Of a stretch of 64,000 bases of DNA, positions 1 through 13,700 are shown in pieces. The stretch lies in NCBI GenBank assembly GCA_030704615.1, contig CM060732.1, positions 78,244,001-78,308,000 of the forward strand, in the 5' to 3' direction. Source of the DNA: Takakia lepidozioides. Taxonomy: Eukaryota > Plantae > Bryophyta. How positions within the stretch are numbered: position 1 is the stretch's first letter; each line of letters opens with the position of its first letter. The position numbers and the translations under genes were made by a program. The notes under the pieces were generated by a model. That model was not told where the DNA came from. It ran no database searches and saw nothing but the letters and a program-made list of their open reading frames with translations.

Positions 1-1752
1 ATGACCGGACTTGACAGCGGACTACCAGTGGATTTGCCCAGCGAACTGCCATCGGGTTTCGCCACAGGAGTCTGCCAGTGGACTGTAGCAATGGACTGCT
101 GCAGTGGACCTCGACAATGGACCGGTGTTGTGGACCAACAGACTTACCAAATAGCGTTGATTTCTGCTTCGGCATCGTCCACAATGAAGGCATTGGGTCG
201 CCAACTCGGCAAATCTGCGAGGAGTGAATCGCGCAAGGCTCTCATCCACGGAACCAGGTCTCTTGTCCGATTCCTCGCAGATAGGATATAGGCAACTGGT
301 ATACCGTTCAACCACTCGTCGAAGACCATCAACGTGTACAATGGGAACTGTTGGAATGCACAATGTAAGATGGTCAGAGCATGCAAATTCCGCTCAGTTC
401 TGCACGAGAAGACTTCATAAGAGTGATGAGGTCTGTAGCGGTTCACAATGGGTCTGCCTCTCGGTCTTCCGCAACGTACACAACCCTAAACATACAGAAA
501 GGGTCAGCACACCAAATATTATGTGAATGTTGCATGGTACTATGCTATCATGCTCGTACAAGTCCATGGAATCGTTCGAATAGTACCTGTCATGATTTGT
601 CCCAAAGGTTGCATCACATGCAACGATACGGTCATGTCCTAGTTCCAGCATTCGTCGTTTCTGCTACGGAGTCTGTATGCCAATAGTGAATGTCAAATCT
701 CCATCAAAATGCTCGAATGTTGGCTCTATTTCTCCTCTTGATAGAAAAAAACGGACAGTATTCTGGTCTCTCCATATGCGCACACTCTCTGCATCATCGG
801 CGTGCTTTTTGAAGGTTTGCCACGCACGTTTCTCTGCAAACATCTTGCTCCAACAAGAAATCATCGCGGGTCCATGCATCGCCCAAGCCGGTGTTGTTCA
901 TCACGTGCTCTTTATGCTCCATCATAATTTGGGCGACCGACAGGCCTCGGCACAAACACTCGACGACCCAGGCTTTCAATTCCTCGCTAATGTGTGGTGC
1001 ATAGGCGTGGCGGGTGTTCCTGAACTCTGCGGACTTCCCATGCGAGGGTTTCCCTTGCGCATCTGTATGCTCCATGTTGTTGTAGTACGTGAGGACACAG
1101 ATGTCAGGGGCGAGATAGCATTGTTGGACCTTGAAACAGCATTGGCAACCACGTTTGTAAGACTCTCCATACTCCGACTTCTTTCTCCTTGGGCCTTTAT
1201 GAGGGCAAGATGTTCCAACACCCACAAGAGGTCCACCACGCTTATGTTTTAGATCCTCCACTATTGCCTTGTTGGTGCGCTTGTCATCAGGACCGTAGCA
1301 GCATTGATACCTGGACAGAAAATTCTAAAATCGATATCCAACGACTTGAGGAAGCATAAAATCAGAGAACTCGTTAAACAAAAAATGGCAACAGACATGC
1401 AATGAAACGTCAAAAGGACTGAGGACGTGCACACTACTTAGAGAAATGTGTTGGCTCTGGGTGCTTTTCGCGAGCCGGGTTCCACTTTAGAATGGAACAT
1501 TCACCCAAAACTGAGTGGGGTAGTCCTCCAAACTCTCCTCTCCCAGGACGAAGTCACCAACTCTATCCAAGGTATGCAGGCCTTTTCAACATTCACTCGC
1601 ACACCCATAAACCCATATTGCGTCTCACTCTTCCAATGGAGATCCTTCCTGTTGAAGGGTCCTGGTTTTGCTGTTTGCAAACATTGTCGAAGAGGCCGTA
1701 TAAGCGGGCTTTCCGTGATCAGTATATCATCGGGTTTTGCTTCCACGTCCAT
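1..1752 (-). pseudogene. MULE-type transposase gene related to Arabidopsis At4g13970/At1g60560 SWIM-family proteins; multi-exon, frameshifted, runs off the window start
   Basis: Colinear peptide blocks on the minus strand: FNRKDLHW, YQCCYGPDD, SYKRGCQCCFKV, HG..APHISEELKAWV, TRDDFL, DDAESVRIW, FTIGIQTP, ACDATFGTN, FPLYTLMVFD..IPVAYI..WMRAL..SWRPNAFIVDD. These match my recollection of that family. GT-AG introns are present (donor near 146). Confidence 0.8.
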
Positions 1753-1914
1753 GCCATATACAGTACAAAGGACACACTTCTGAACATGCAAGAAACGCGC
1801 CGCAGTACAAGACACGATCGACAACGTGCCAGGAGAACAGTGCGCACGTTCGCGGCTGCTGGCAAGTGGCAGGCGGAAGGGATGCAGGTTTGAATTGCAG
1901 CCCTAAAAATGGAG

Positions 1915-2235
1915 GGCTCGGATGGGTTATGGGAATGGACGGTGGCGATCCTGCGCCGTCAGCGGACTGGATGGCAGGGGAAGGGCTAGGAGGGGTTAGG
2001 AATGGACGGTGGGCGATCCTGCGCCGTCAGCGGATGGATGGCAGGGGACTGGCCAGCGGACTGGGGGCGGACGGCGGACTGGCAGATGCCTGGGCACAGG
2101 ATGGCGGAACAGACTGCGGACCAGGACTGGCGGACTGGCAGACTGCGGGCAGCCGGACTGGCCAACAGCGGAGGGAAGAAGGGAGTGGCAAGCGGACTAA
2201 TGGGTGGGGGGACTGGACGCACGGCTGACGGGGGA
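1915..2235. repeat. GC-rich degenerate tandem repeats (GGCGGACTGG-like units plus a duplicated ~60-bp unit) upstream of the MULE gene
   Basis: GGAATGGACGGTGG(G)CGATCCTGCGCCGTCAGCGGA occurs twice; GCGGACTGG/GACTGGC recurs many times. Confidence 0.7.
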
Positions 2236-3499
2236 GCGGCGCGGTTTGTGCGGCAAGCCGCGCCGCGGACATGGGCGAAGCGCCATGGAGCACCCCTCCC
2301 CCCCCGCGAGCAGAGGCGGGGCTGGGGCTTGGGCGCGCGGGGTGCCTGGGAGCCGGGCGTCCGTGCGCGGGCCCACCGGCCACATCGCACGTGCCCATTG
2401 AAAGACCCTATTATCTTAAAATGAGAGGCCACAAAGACAGTCCCCACATACATTGCAATTGAAGTGTACTAGGTAAATCGATCGATGTATTATCTTTCAA
2501 TGGCATGACCAGCTGGAAGGAAATGTATGAAAGGGTGGATGTGCAAGATCATGTCTGCAGGGTCCAAGTGAGTCCCTCCTCGGGGGATAGTGGTCATCCG
2601 TTAAAGGTCCGTTAAATTAATTGAATGGAGGATGGATCTCGAGCGCTTTCCCAGCTTGTGCAAATTGCGGTTTTTTAACAGAGGCCGTTTCCCCAAGTTT
2701 TCGACTTTGTATTTTCTACCCTAGGACTTGTTGAGATGGACGTCGTGAGCACCACAGTAGCTAGAGGCAAGCCCCGAGCATCCAAGCGAATCGGAACCGC
2801 TTGTATTACAGTATTCCTTAAATGCTCAAATTCAGCGAGCTGATATTGCAAACTATCAAATTGACGTAGTTCAATACACTGCCAAAACTGCCACGGAGTG
2901 ATCATTCAGGGTACCAGGTGCATTAGACTGGTCAGAATAGTTGATTTGTCGAATTTTGTCATTAATTCTGGCTGTCCAGAAATAACAGGGATCTTGGCTT
3001 TAGGATTAGTCTCTTCTCTTCGCACGGACGTTCGAGAAATCTTCTCTTACATTTAAATTTTATTTTTTTCTCTTTCTAGCAAACATATGAGTAACGGAAT
3101 TGCATTTGCCGCCAGATTGAGGGCCAGAGCATGAAGCAGTTCTGTCCTGAAGACTTGCAAATTTAAATTAGACTCTCTCTTCATATCCTATAGCCTCAAA
3201 TTTGAAATCATATGAATCTGACTCGAGTCTGAGCATACACCCAGGCAGTCGTATATATGCAAACTCCGGATTCTCGTTGGATTTGGTGCAATTTAGCGTT
3301 GAGTCTCCATACCCCAAGGGCCCATATCTGGCTTGGTCGAATCCAGCCAACGAAGGCCTGACTGGTGTGCATGGCACTATGCAGTCAACTTGAAAAGGGG
3401 AAATCTTTTTGCTGGTAGCTACTGAATTAAGCTTGCTACTGTACATATTATTTATAATCAGTTTCAACCGAGTACTCAAGGGGATGGTAATGTTGATGA

Positions 3500-3990
3500 T
3501 CGCCATTCTACATCTGGCAGCTATGTTTTAATGATGCTGGCAAATGGTGTTGTTACCTGGAGTGGCAAGAAACAATCTACAATTTCTAATTTCTATGTCC
3601 CATGCTGAACCAGAATATGTGGCTGCATTTCAAGCCACAAGGCAATCATTGTGGTTATCATCATTTTTTTCAAGAATTGGTCAACCACAAAGAGATACCA
3701 TGATGGTCATGTATGAAGACAAGGAACGGTGTATGGCTCTCTCAAATGATCTGACTTTTCATGCTCGCACAAAGCATATTGAGATTCATCATCTGGCATA
3801 GAGAAGACTAGGCCATAAGTTGTCAAATTGGTTTTTTGCAATACCAACCACATAGTTCCACATATATTGACAAAATGACAATGCTAAAAAGTATGAACAT
3901 TTTCGGGCAAGATGGGGAAGTACATTGGAGGAAGTAGTTGGAAGTAGTTAAATGTTTAATTTGGTAACTCGTCGAGGAGGGGAAGGGTGT
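3500..3990 (+). mobile_element. Ty1/Copia RNase H remnant with polypurine tract
   Basis: NGVVTWSGKKQST, AEPEYVAAFQATRQSLWL and FHARTKHIEIHH are typical Copia RNase H motifs. They are followed by GAGGAGGGGAAGGG then TGTTAG (PPT and LTR start). Confidence 0.8.
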
Positions 3991-5615
3991 TAGAAATCAA
4001 TTCTTTATTAACTTACTTCTACTTAAAGTTAATGTGATGCCAAATTACAGTGCAATAATAGCAAAGCTGATTTGATAACAGTCGGTTAGCTTAAGTTAGC
4101 ATTGACTCATGTTAGAGTATCAGAATAGCAATGTGGAGATAACTCATGAGGAGCGTTTTTTTTTTCATTCAATAAGGCTCCTAGCTGGCCTATGAGGAAA
4201 ATCAATTGGCGACTCTGTGGCATGTGATCTCGAACCGGTGGCTACTGTCAAGAATGTTTGATGAGTTTTATGCGAACTCAACTCATGTAGTGTTCGGTTT
4301 GTGGGAGCGACAAGGGAGGTAATTTTTTCTAAGTAACAACGACACTGCATCTTGCAAAACCTAGCACAACTCTGTCACATGGATACAATCCATTGACAAA
4401 TATGACTAATCTTGTGCAAGATCAACAACTCTCATCAAAGCCTCATGTGCCAGTGCAAGAGGTGGTGCAAGTCTGCTTAAATGGAGGTGCATGATATGGA
4501 TACTAGGCGGGTAAGCGAAACCTAAATGAGAGTTCCCTCCATAGCTCGACCCCTTGGTGAAAGCGGGAAGAGTTTGAACCCAAGGCTTTGCTCCTTGCGC
4601 TGGCAGGGTGGTAGGGTTTCTAGAAATCTATAGCCAAGATCATTTGCATCTAACGAACCCAAATGGCATGTGGCTCTTTCCCTGTGCGATAGTTGTACAG
4701 GCGGCGTCCTCATTGCAGCGACATGATGGCATTAGGGAGGGCAATAATGCGAAACAGTGTCATATTTTAACCCATAATTCCTTTGTCAATTTCGTGAGGC
4801 CAATTTCTGGATCGAAAAGTGGCGAAATTTCGCACATAAAAAAAACGTTGTTCATAAGCATGCACTTATGCTATAGTTATTTCAGCTAACTTTGGAATAG
4901 ATCTTGAGTATAAATAAGAAGAACTAAAAAGGGTAATAACAACTTGTTGTATTCCTATGGTTGGGATCATTTCATATGTCATCCCTATTCTGTATCAAAC
5001 TCCAACATTTATCTAATGCATGGTGCATATATAGAGTAAGTTCAAATACTAGAGCACTGAAAATAAGCCATGAAATGTTTATTTATTTATTTTATTATTA
5101 TTTTAAATTAAAATGGGACGGAGGTCCTAAGTTTGATTATTTAATATAATAGTTTGGCCTTGGCTTTTTGTCTTTTCCCCTCATCATTCCAAATAAATTG
5201 TCCAGGGCCTCAGTCCATGTTCATAAATTTAGTCAAGGCTGACCCACACTCTCTGATAGTTGCGTTCTTTAGATCATAGCTCCCCAAACCAAGTGTAATG
5301 AGAATGACACACTTGAGTCTAGACATTGAGTTAACAAATTCTCTTGCTTCACCAATTGCTTAACCAGTTGTGATTACTGAGTCTATGTAGGTCACGGAGC
5401 AATTTGATCAACGAAGAAAGGGATTGATCTTAGCTTTTCTAAGTAAACCTTGTTGCTGTTGTAGCATGTTTTTAATGTTATGTACAATGACTTTTCTCTA
5501 TCCATTTTCCTAATATGCCGGAGCTATTCACTGAACTCAACAAGCTTTTATCAATGTCGTGAACCGTGCTCAATGTCTCTTTTGAAATATGAGGTCTCGA
5601 GACTGAAAAGCTTAA

Positions 5616-6646
5616 CCCCTAAAGGACGAAGCAACCCAAACTGGGTCGGTTAGGTTTAGAAAAGTGTATGGTTATCACTAGGGTTAAGCCTGACTTGGGC
5701 ATGTTTAGGCTCATTGGATAGGAAATCGCGTCAGCTATGAGGTGGCATTTTCCAATTCGTCATTGGGCCTGGCCCCAGCCACGTGGAACACCTAGAGTCT
5801 GCCACACTCGTGGTTTTCAGCCCCATTTTGGGCAGCTAACCTGCCCTCCATCCTACGTGTCAACTAGGGTCAGGTTAGGGAGAAATTCCACCCAACCCCC
5901 CCCCCCCCCCCCCCCCCCACTTGCGCAAGGTGGCGCATCTCCCAACACCCTTTATTGCGCCCCCTCCACCCTAAAGCGCCCCCCATTGGCAGGCAAAGGC
6001 AAAGGCACCCCCCCAAAACCCACAAACCATAGGGCTACCGGCCAAAAAATATAGGTAAACATAGGTGCACATGGAGAAGTCAGGGGAAAAAAGCATATGA
6101 AGGGAAGCTCCGATTGGCGCAAAAAAAATTTGTGCTTACACAAACCTGCCCACTACAGTACAACCGGAGCGATTGACAATTCAACGGTTCAGATCTTTTC
6201 ACCGAATTTTCTAATACAGTTTTGTGCTTGCCCCTTTGAAATTGGGAAATTTGACCCCCCAAATTGGCCATACAAAGCAGCCCACATGAGAACATGTCAG
6301 AAAAAGCTGAAATTTTCAGGGCAGGTGTCTTACCTGGCAGGGTACAAGATTCAGGTTTGTGTCATGTCAAAAAAAATCACAGCTGGGAAATTTGATAAGA
6401 AAAGCTGTGTTTTTTACCCCATTGTAAATAGGCAATTTATTTTTGGCCCAACTTTCAACATTATATCTTGCAATTCGGCGGTTCGATTTGGACCAGACTT
6501 TTTGTGGTCATAGTTGGGGTAGGTAGGAACATATTACAACGGTCAGTTTTACAGGGCTTGAGGAAATCTCAAAATATAAATTATTTAGTGGGGAAGGGTC
6601 GATTTTTTGGGGGTGGACCCAAAAATTGGGGTTAGTCCTTTAGGGG
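5616..6646. mobile_element. Non-autonomous piggyBac-like TIR element (~1.03 kb)
   Basis: Perfect 12-bp TIR CCCCTAAAGGAC (5616-5627) / GTCCTTTAGGGG (6635-6646), with TTAA on both sides (5612-5615, 6647-6650). No transposase ORF. Confidence 0.75.
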
Positions 6647-6859
6647 TTAAAGGAGGACTCTCGGACATCTCATCTCGTTGTAACCATAATGTGACACATT
6701 AGATCATATTAAATTCAGGTTACAAATAAAGAGACTAATCGTTGAACAGTTTAGAATCAATCCTCGGAACAACTTATCTGCATCACAATAATCATAAAGC
6801 TTTACTGTTGTAAGCACTATTTAAAATACCAAAAATTTGAATCCATTACAAGTCTAACT

Positions 6860-7210
6860 GAACATTCCATTGTCCTTTCTGATGCACAAACCAAAGTCCA
6901 TTGTGCCTCTCAGACAACGGAAAATTCGCTTTACTCCAACCCATAGGAGTCAATGCCCAGGGTTAGCCACAAATTGGCTCACGACCCCACTGCTTGTGCA
7001 ATATGTGGTCTTGTACAGACAAATATTGCATACATGTCCCTATCAATAGTGGTCTTTGTCATAACGTCTCCGATCTCTTTTGACACTCTAAATGATAATT
7101 GAAATACAACAGTTTTTTTTCCATGGATATCAAGACTAGTACAATATTTGTCTCCAAGATACATTTTGTGTCCTAAAGAGAGTGTTTTTGAAGGTTGAGA
7201 ATGCTTCACT
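6860..7210 (-). mobile_element. Degenerate Ty1/Copia reverse transcriptase C-terminal fragment
   Basis: MYAIFVCTRPHIAQAVG followed, after a frameshift, by SQFVANPG..WVGVKRIFRCLRGTMDFGLC. Confidence 0.75.
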
Positions 7211-8636
7211 TTGGAACTTCATATGTTAAGAAGCTCCCGAATCAATGAACCATACAACCCTACTACTCCTAGAGACCCTCTTCTCTTAGAGTCTCTTTGT
7301 CGTAAGGACTAGCCTTGCTCAGAAGTGTTCCATGTAGCCGTGATGATCTCTCTATCTTTAGGTTGCACTTGAACTTGTGCAACCTCTTGTCCCGATATTA
7401 TCTACCACCAATCCTTCTCATGAAGAATGAACTTCATCTTAATTTTCTATGTATGAAAACTGAGACCATCTAGATGCTTTAGTCGGATATGATCAGCAGA
7501 AGATTTCATGATGATAATTTTCATGTTTTGTGGAGTACACAACACCCTCAAACTTTCCAATCCAACACCAAGCACTCAAGCCTATAGGTTGGCCTATAAG
7601 GTTGTGGATCAAACATTTTTCTTCCTCTACGTTTTATACAGAACATCGCTCTACTACCATGACAAGGAATAGGGATGAAATATGAAATGATTTACTAAGA
7701 GTTCTCTACCCAACCATAAGAACACAAGCTCTTATTCCCCCTCCAGCTCTTCCTATTTACACTCACGATCTATTCCAGAATTAGTTGAGATAACTAGAGC
7801 ATAAGAGTAAAAGTAAAGTTTGGCAATGAATTGATTTCCAACAGATAATACATTCTAGTACTAATTTTAGCAAGCACATTGTTTTTTTTGTTGTTTTTTG
7901 TTAAATAAATAAATAAAATGCATGTAATACATGCAAGCCCTGTGATATAGGTTGTGACGCAAGTCCTCATGGTTGAGTTGAGGTTATGTAGCCTTCATGT
8001 TCTCTCCAATCACTTAATGCAGAAGATTGCTCCAAAAAACAATACCTTCATACTGTCTTTATCTGGCCTATTCATTTCTTTTCTTTTCTTTGTTATGTGG
8101 GAGACTCAACTATTTGTTTCATGAAGCTCAATCTCTCACAGAAGTCTTTCATTATGAGGATCTTTCCAGTTTTATGCCAGCCACCCATGTGACACAGATC
8201 CCAGTCGCGAACTCGACTGGCCTCTGGACATCTCCGTAGAAAATCAGGCCGATGGGTGTCAAGAGCAAATAGGAGGAAAATACACACGGTAAACTTATAG
8301 GAAGAAATACAAATCATTGTAATCTTTGAGGAGAGAATGTTAGCCTGCGATAGCAGGCTAGCAGACATACTCATGCATGCATAAAATTATTCATCAAAGG
8401 ATTTCATTCAATTGTAGATATGGATGAAATATTCTCATATGCCTATCTTGATCTAATTCGAAAGTTAATCAGAAGTATCAGTGCGGCAGCCCTTTGCGTT
8501 AGCCAATAAATGCTGCACAATTATCAATGTCCCCACTACACCACCCCGGAGCACCCCATGTAAAGAGGCTATCCTAGATTCCGAGGAATAACACCTAATT
8601 TCAACTTTCAACACCCATCCAAACAAGCCAAAAAGG

Positions 8637-8792
8637 GTATATATATATATATATATATATATGCGACGCGTAGATTATGGTGTCTCTTGACCCCAAGGGC
8701 TACTGCCTTTTGTGACACCGACCGGTGGATTGAACCCACAACCACTTCCGAGGTAGTACGTGCCCATTACCATGGGCTACAACTTGGTTGTC
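8637..8792 (-). mobile_element. tRNA-derived SINE with (AT)n tail
   Basis: Minus strand has A-box-like TAGCCCATGG and B-box GGTTCAATCC and ends in (AT)n. Flanked by the 10-bp direct repeat GCCAAAAAGG (8627-8636, 8793-8802). Confidence 0.75.
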
Positions 8793-10718
8793 GCCAAAAA
8801 GGCAGGAGGCGTGTCTCCACAAAATCGGTATGACTGCCATGGTGGATTTGTTAAAACGTGCCACTTGTCATACTAGAGGTGCCAGCTCTTTTATCTCTTT
8901 TGCCACCTGGGGCTGGGGCGGTAGGTAGAAGACATGGCCGCGCTATTTCTTTTTTTTCAATTACAGAGACGAGAGAGGAACGGTGGCCTCAAAATTTCAT
9001 AAATAAGGACAGCCGAGAAGTCCAAGAAATACAGAAAGGTGAGGAAAAAATAACCTTACATAAGCCATGAAGGCTGAGAAACCAGACACTGCTCCGAGCG
9101 CTAATTCTGAAAAATGAAAAATAAACCCGCTGGAAGCCACACCCAAAAATATTTAAAAATAGCCTTTATGTACTCAATTTGATGGGACGATTAAAATAGC
9201 CAACAAAAACAGCAAAAGAAAAAAAGAGGAGATATGGCAATTGCAGAGAGGAATGTAGTGATGAACGGTGAATGGTGGAGAGGGACGAGCTGCATGATCG
9301 CTACCTACCGGCGCTAGACACGTATCGACATGGCTGCCAGCACCACCCTTCGTGTAAGCGAGAGGATGGCCGGAGGACCCCGTGGTGCACAAGTATCCAG
9401 CGTTTGTTTGGGACATTTGAAGGTCAATCAAATAGATACGGTTGGAGTGGCCAATTGCGAGGTAGGGACAGGTGTTCGATAGCGATGTAAGGTAGATGAC
9501 CCATAATGGACCCTTTAAGCAGTTTAGGGTGCTCTGAGTGGCAGATTTTGAGTTTGTTTGTCGTTCGATTAGGAAATGAAAACTAAGGGGATTGCCAAAG
9601 TTTCAGGATTTTTTGACTTTATATGTAATTTCTATGAATTTTTAAGGTGAAAAATGCAAAAATACCCACTTATGACTAGTAGCTCCTACCAAGTGTGAAC
9701 AAAACTCATGCCAAAATGACCTCAAGATGGCGGTAACCCGGATCATCTACACAATATGAACGGTTTGGGAAAGCTGTCAAAAGTGACTCAATCATGTAAA
9801 TAAGAAAATCAGTAGGAGTCATGATATGCACTTTCTACTGCCGGAATTCGGCCCATCAGCACACTGAAATCTGTGAAAGGGGGTGAGTTGAGGCGGTTAC
9901 AGCCATCCTCCCTCACACCACCATGGATCGTAACTATCACTAAGCTCCTCTCAATTATAGAACTCTTCCTCCCCATATTAGGTCGCCATCATCCGTAAAC
10001 AGTCCAACTAGCGTATGTAATCTGATCACCCTCATGCAGTTCACCGCTTATCTTTCCCACCACCTGCTCGTCTTTTCTCCCGCGTATCAATAATCGATTC
10101 CTCCGCTCACAATTCACAAAGAGCTCGGATAGTTTCCTTCCTTTCTGCAACCTCAACAACATGGAAAAACAATAGGCAAAAGTGGTGGCTTTTCCTCTCT
10201 AGCTCTTTTCACATTTTTGACTCCTGGATAATGGGTGTTCTTTCCAAGTTTTCGTTTGATCGAAAGATACTTACTCGTACATCACTGAGTCAAGGTCCAA
10301 ATAGCATGCCAATGCCACTTGGTATTGAAGCTAAGGCCTTGCATTGCTTCAAGTGAGATGTGATCCAGTAGAGTAAGTTCCTTGTCTGCAAAGTCAACAG
10401 ACCCTTCTGCAAAGTCAAGGCATGAATGTACCTAACCTCGAATGTCCAAGATTGCATTTACGTTAGAACTTGAACGACACGATAATAACAGGATTGAGTT
10501 GCATCTCCCTCTCTCTCTCTCTCTCTCTCATATGGTGGGGTAGATGCATTGCTAGCTTGATACCATATAGTTTGAGATAAACTATTTATTGGAAGCAAGA
10601 CTATCCTGTTAAACAGGCTAAAGGGTAGAAGAGATTTTCAAGTATCTGAATTTTAGTCCAGAAGAATTGACCCTACGGACCTGGAGGAGTTGTGTCCAAA
10701 GCCATGTCTCATGCCCAA

Positions 10719-13700
10719 GGGGGATTGCTAAACCGTGAGCAGAATCTGTGAGCAGAAAATTCCATGAGCAGAATTCTGCTCACGCTTCTGCGTGTGCTCA
10801 CCTATAACCGCGGACACCTATTCGGCCTAGAAGACCTACTACTGCGGGTTGTGTCTAGTATATCATGCATACGTCATTCATCGTTATGGATGAATGATGG
10901 ATGAACGATGGATGAATGGGAGATGAATGTATGTTCGACGAATGGCACATGGATGAATGTAGTTTGTGGATGAATTCAAAACTAAGATGCATTTTTGAGT
11001 AGTGGTTGCTAAATCCACCTAGCTCTAGAGTGAACCTCTGCCCACTGGTGAGGGTTGTGATTGTCCTTTCATCAGGTATCAGAAGTCGACATAGTTGCTG
11101 ACACACAATTGCAAAGAAGGTGGAGAGGCCATTTGGTGCTTCAAACTAAATAGTTTAAAAACTGCAGATTCATTCCGACGAAGAATATTCTATGCTACTG
11201 GAGTCGGCGTCCGAAATGAAGGCAGAACTGTCTATGAAGACACTAGCCCTACTTTGCACAAAACCCTCTCTGTTTAAAAGCACAGCAGGGGGAGAAGAGA
11301 TGAGACTAAATTCCGAAGCTGCAGCCTCCGCATAACATGACAATTTAAAATCTGCTTTCGGACTTGGGAAAAATTGCGGGTTTGCAAAGAAAAGGAAGAA
11401 CCGTGGCGACCTTGGGCTCATGTACACACACACAAACAATGTAAGTCCACATACATTCTGCTGGCCCAACTTGTGCAGGAAAGATAGAAATAGAAGGATG
11501 TGCCGTCATGTCAGTGAAGTACCACAACTGAACTAGCACTTACTCACATGAGAAATCGGAATCAACATCTAGAGCATTGGGCTTTTGCAGATCCTGCTCC
11601 ATAACAATGTTCTCGGTCTGGGTCGAATGCGATAAACCCCCAGACAAAGGTGCGATGACTTGAGAGTAGAGCTGCTCGTCCCACTCCATCCCAAAAGATC
11701 CCAAAATGGTTGCAATTCACTCTCAAGATTAAGGTGTCGTCAACGACATCTTAATCCAGGCACTAAGAGGCAGGACTCCATAACTGATGTTGGCAACTTT
11801 CAAAAAAATCTGACCATGTAAGATCCTCATTCATGGCAAACTCATCCCAAGAGGGCATGGATTTAAGGTATCATCAACGACACCTTAATTCCATCTCTCA
11901 AATAACAATCAAACAAGAGAATGGCACAACACAGAACAACACAAGACTACATTGAAATTGAAAGTAGGGACAAAGGTGCAGAGTTGAGGCCACCTTGAAT
12001 CAAACGGTACCAAAGGTTGAGATAAATGCTCACACCCAAATCTAAAGAAGGCAGAGAGGTGAACTCGTACTTTATAAATAAACATCTCAAAACACGTACT
12101 GGGGATTAAGGTGTCGTCAACGACACCTTAATCCCCAGCACATGCACACACACTGCCTTACCGCCAAGGCTTGTTCGTCATCAGATTTCTTCGGGTGAAT
12201 TTTTTTGGGGTTTTTGATTTTTCCATGAATTGTCATATGCCAACTCGTACTGGGAATTAAGATGTCGTTGACGACACCTTAATCTGGCACATTCAGGGGG
12301 AAAATAAAATAAAAGAGTTTTTTTTTTTTTTTTTTTTTTTTGGGGGTGGGGGAAACTTGCTGGGAATTAAGATGGCGTTGACGACACCTTAATCTGGCAC
12401 ATTCGGGGAAGGGGAAAAAAAACAAACAAACAAAAAAAAAACAAAAATCTTTTTTTGAAAACTTGCTGGGAATTAAGATGTCATTGACGACACCTTAATC
12501 TGGCACATTCGGGGAAAAACAAAAAAAAAAAAAAAAAAAAAAAAAAACGGTTTTTTTTTTCTTTTTTTGAAAACTTGCTGGGAATTAAGATGTCGTTGAC
12601 GACACCTTAATCCCCACCACTTGCCCACACACCGCCAAGGCTTCTTCGCCTAGAAAATTTTTTGGGTTGAAAATTTTTTGGTTAATATTTTTGGAAAAAA
12701 AAAATTCAGGGATTTTGGTTTTTTCATGTGCCAACTCGTACTGGGAATTAAGATGTCGTTGACGATACCTTAATCCCAAGCACCTTCACACGCACCATGG
12801 TTCATTCATGTCGCTCATTTTTCATCCAAAAGTCATCCATCATTCATCCATTCATTTTTTCATTCATCTCAAAACCATTCAACATGCAGCTTTTCATCGC
12901 ACATTCGTACCATATGGTCGTCACCCATGAAGGATTCTTCCGTCGGATGGGGTGGAGATTGTGTCCGTACAGTGTAGTTTTTGTCCATGGCAATAGGTCA
13001 TATTCTTCCCTCGGTTGTAGGCTCCCATTCACTAATCTGCTCACGTTTGCAATCTGCTCACGCTTAAGGGATTCTACTCATGTTTACCACTTAAAGCGTG
13101 AGCATGCTCACGTGAACTGCTCACACGGTAGCTACCCTCTTGCAAATGAGACCAGTCACTCTTCATGGATCCACTTTGTTCAAGTAAACCCAAACCTTTC
13201 TCCATTTTTGGGCTTATATATATATATATATATATATATAGTGTTTTATCCTGTTTGGTGAAATTCCCATGTCCAAACAGGGTAGGGGATTAAGATGTCA
13301 TTGACGACATCTTAATTCGTGCTTCCCTGAGCAGGATTACAACTCCCCCCCATGGTTTTTTCCAGGCAAGATTTTTTTTCTTGCAACAATTTTCATGGGT
13401 TCATTTCTCATGCTGACCATACGATTTAAGATGTCGTTGACGATACCTTAATGTCTGGTCCCTGCGCTTGCTGATCCCTCACGAGACATGCTCATACAGT
13501 TGTCCATAGTCCCCTCATCTAGACAACTTTTCATCCGTGCTTCATCCAACGTTCATCCATTTCACTTTTATGTCCATCCAAAATCCATTCATCTGTGAAT
13601 GTTTCATCGTGCATTCGTGCCACTTTGTCGTCATGGAGCCTTTCTATCTTCGGTCCGATGGAGCGGAGATTGCGTCGTTGTAGTGAAGTTGGCGTCCACG

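Noticed and set aside
1737-2462. Overlapping Gly/Arg/Pro-rich ORFs on both strands
   Set aside because: By-product of GC-rich repeats with few stop codons; no recognisable domain.
3168-3506. 112-aa minus-strand ORF as a host gene
   Set aside because: No recognisable motif or supporting exons.
8820-10450. Possible further non-autonomous element
   Set aside because: No TIR, TSD or coding motif found by eye.
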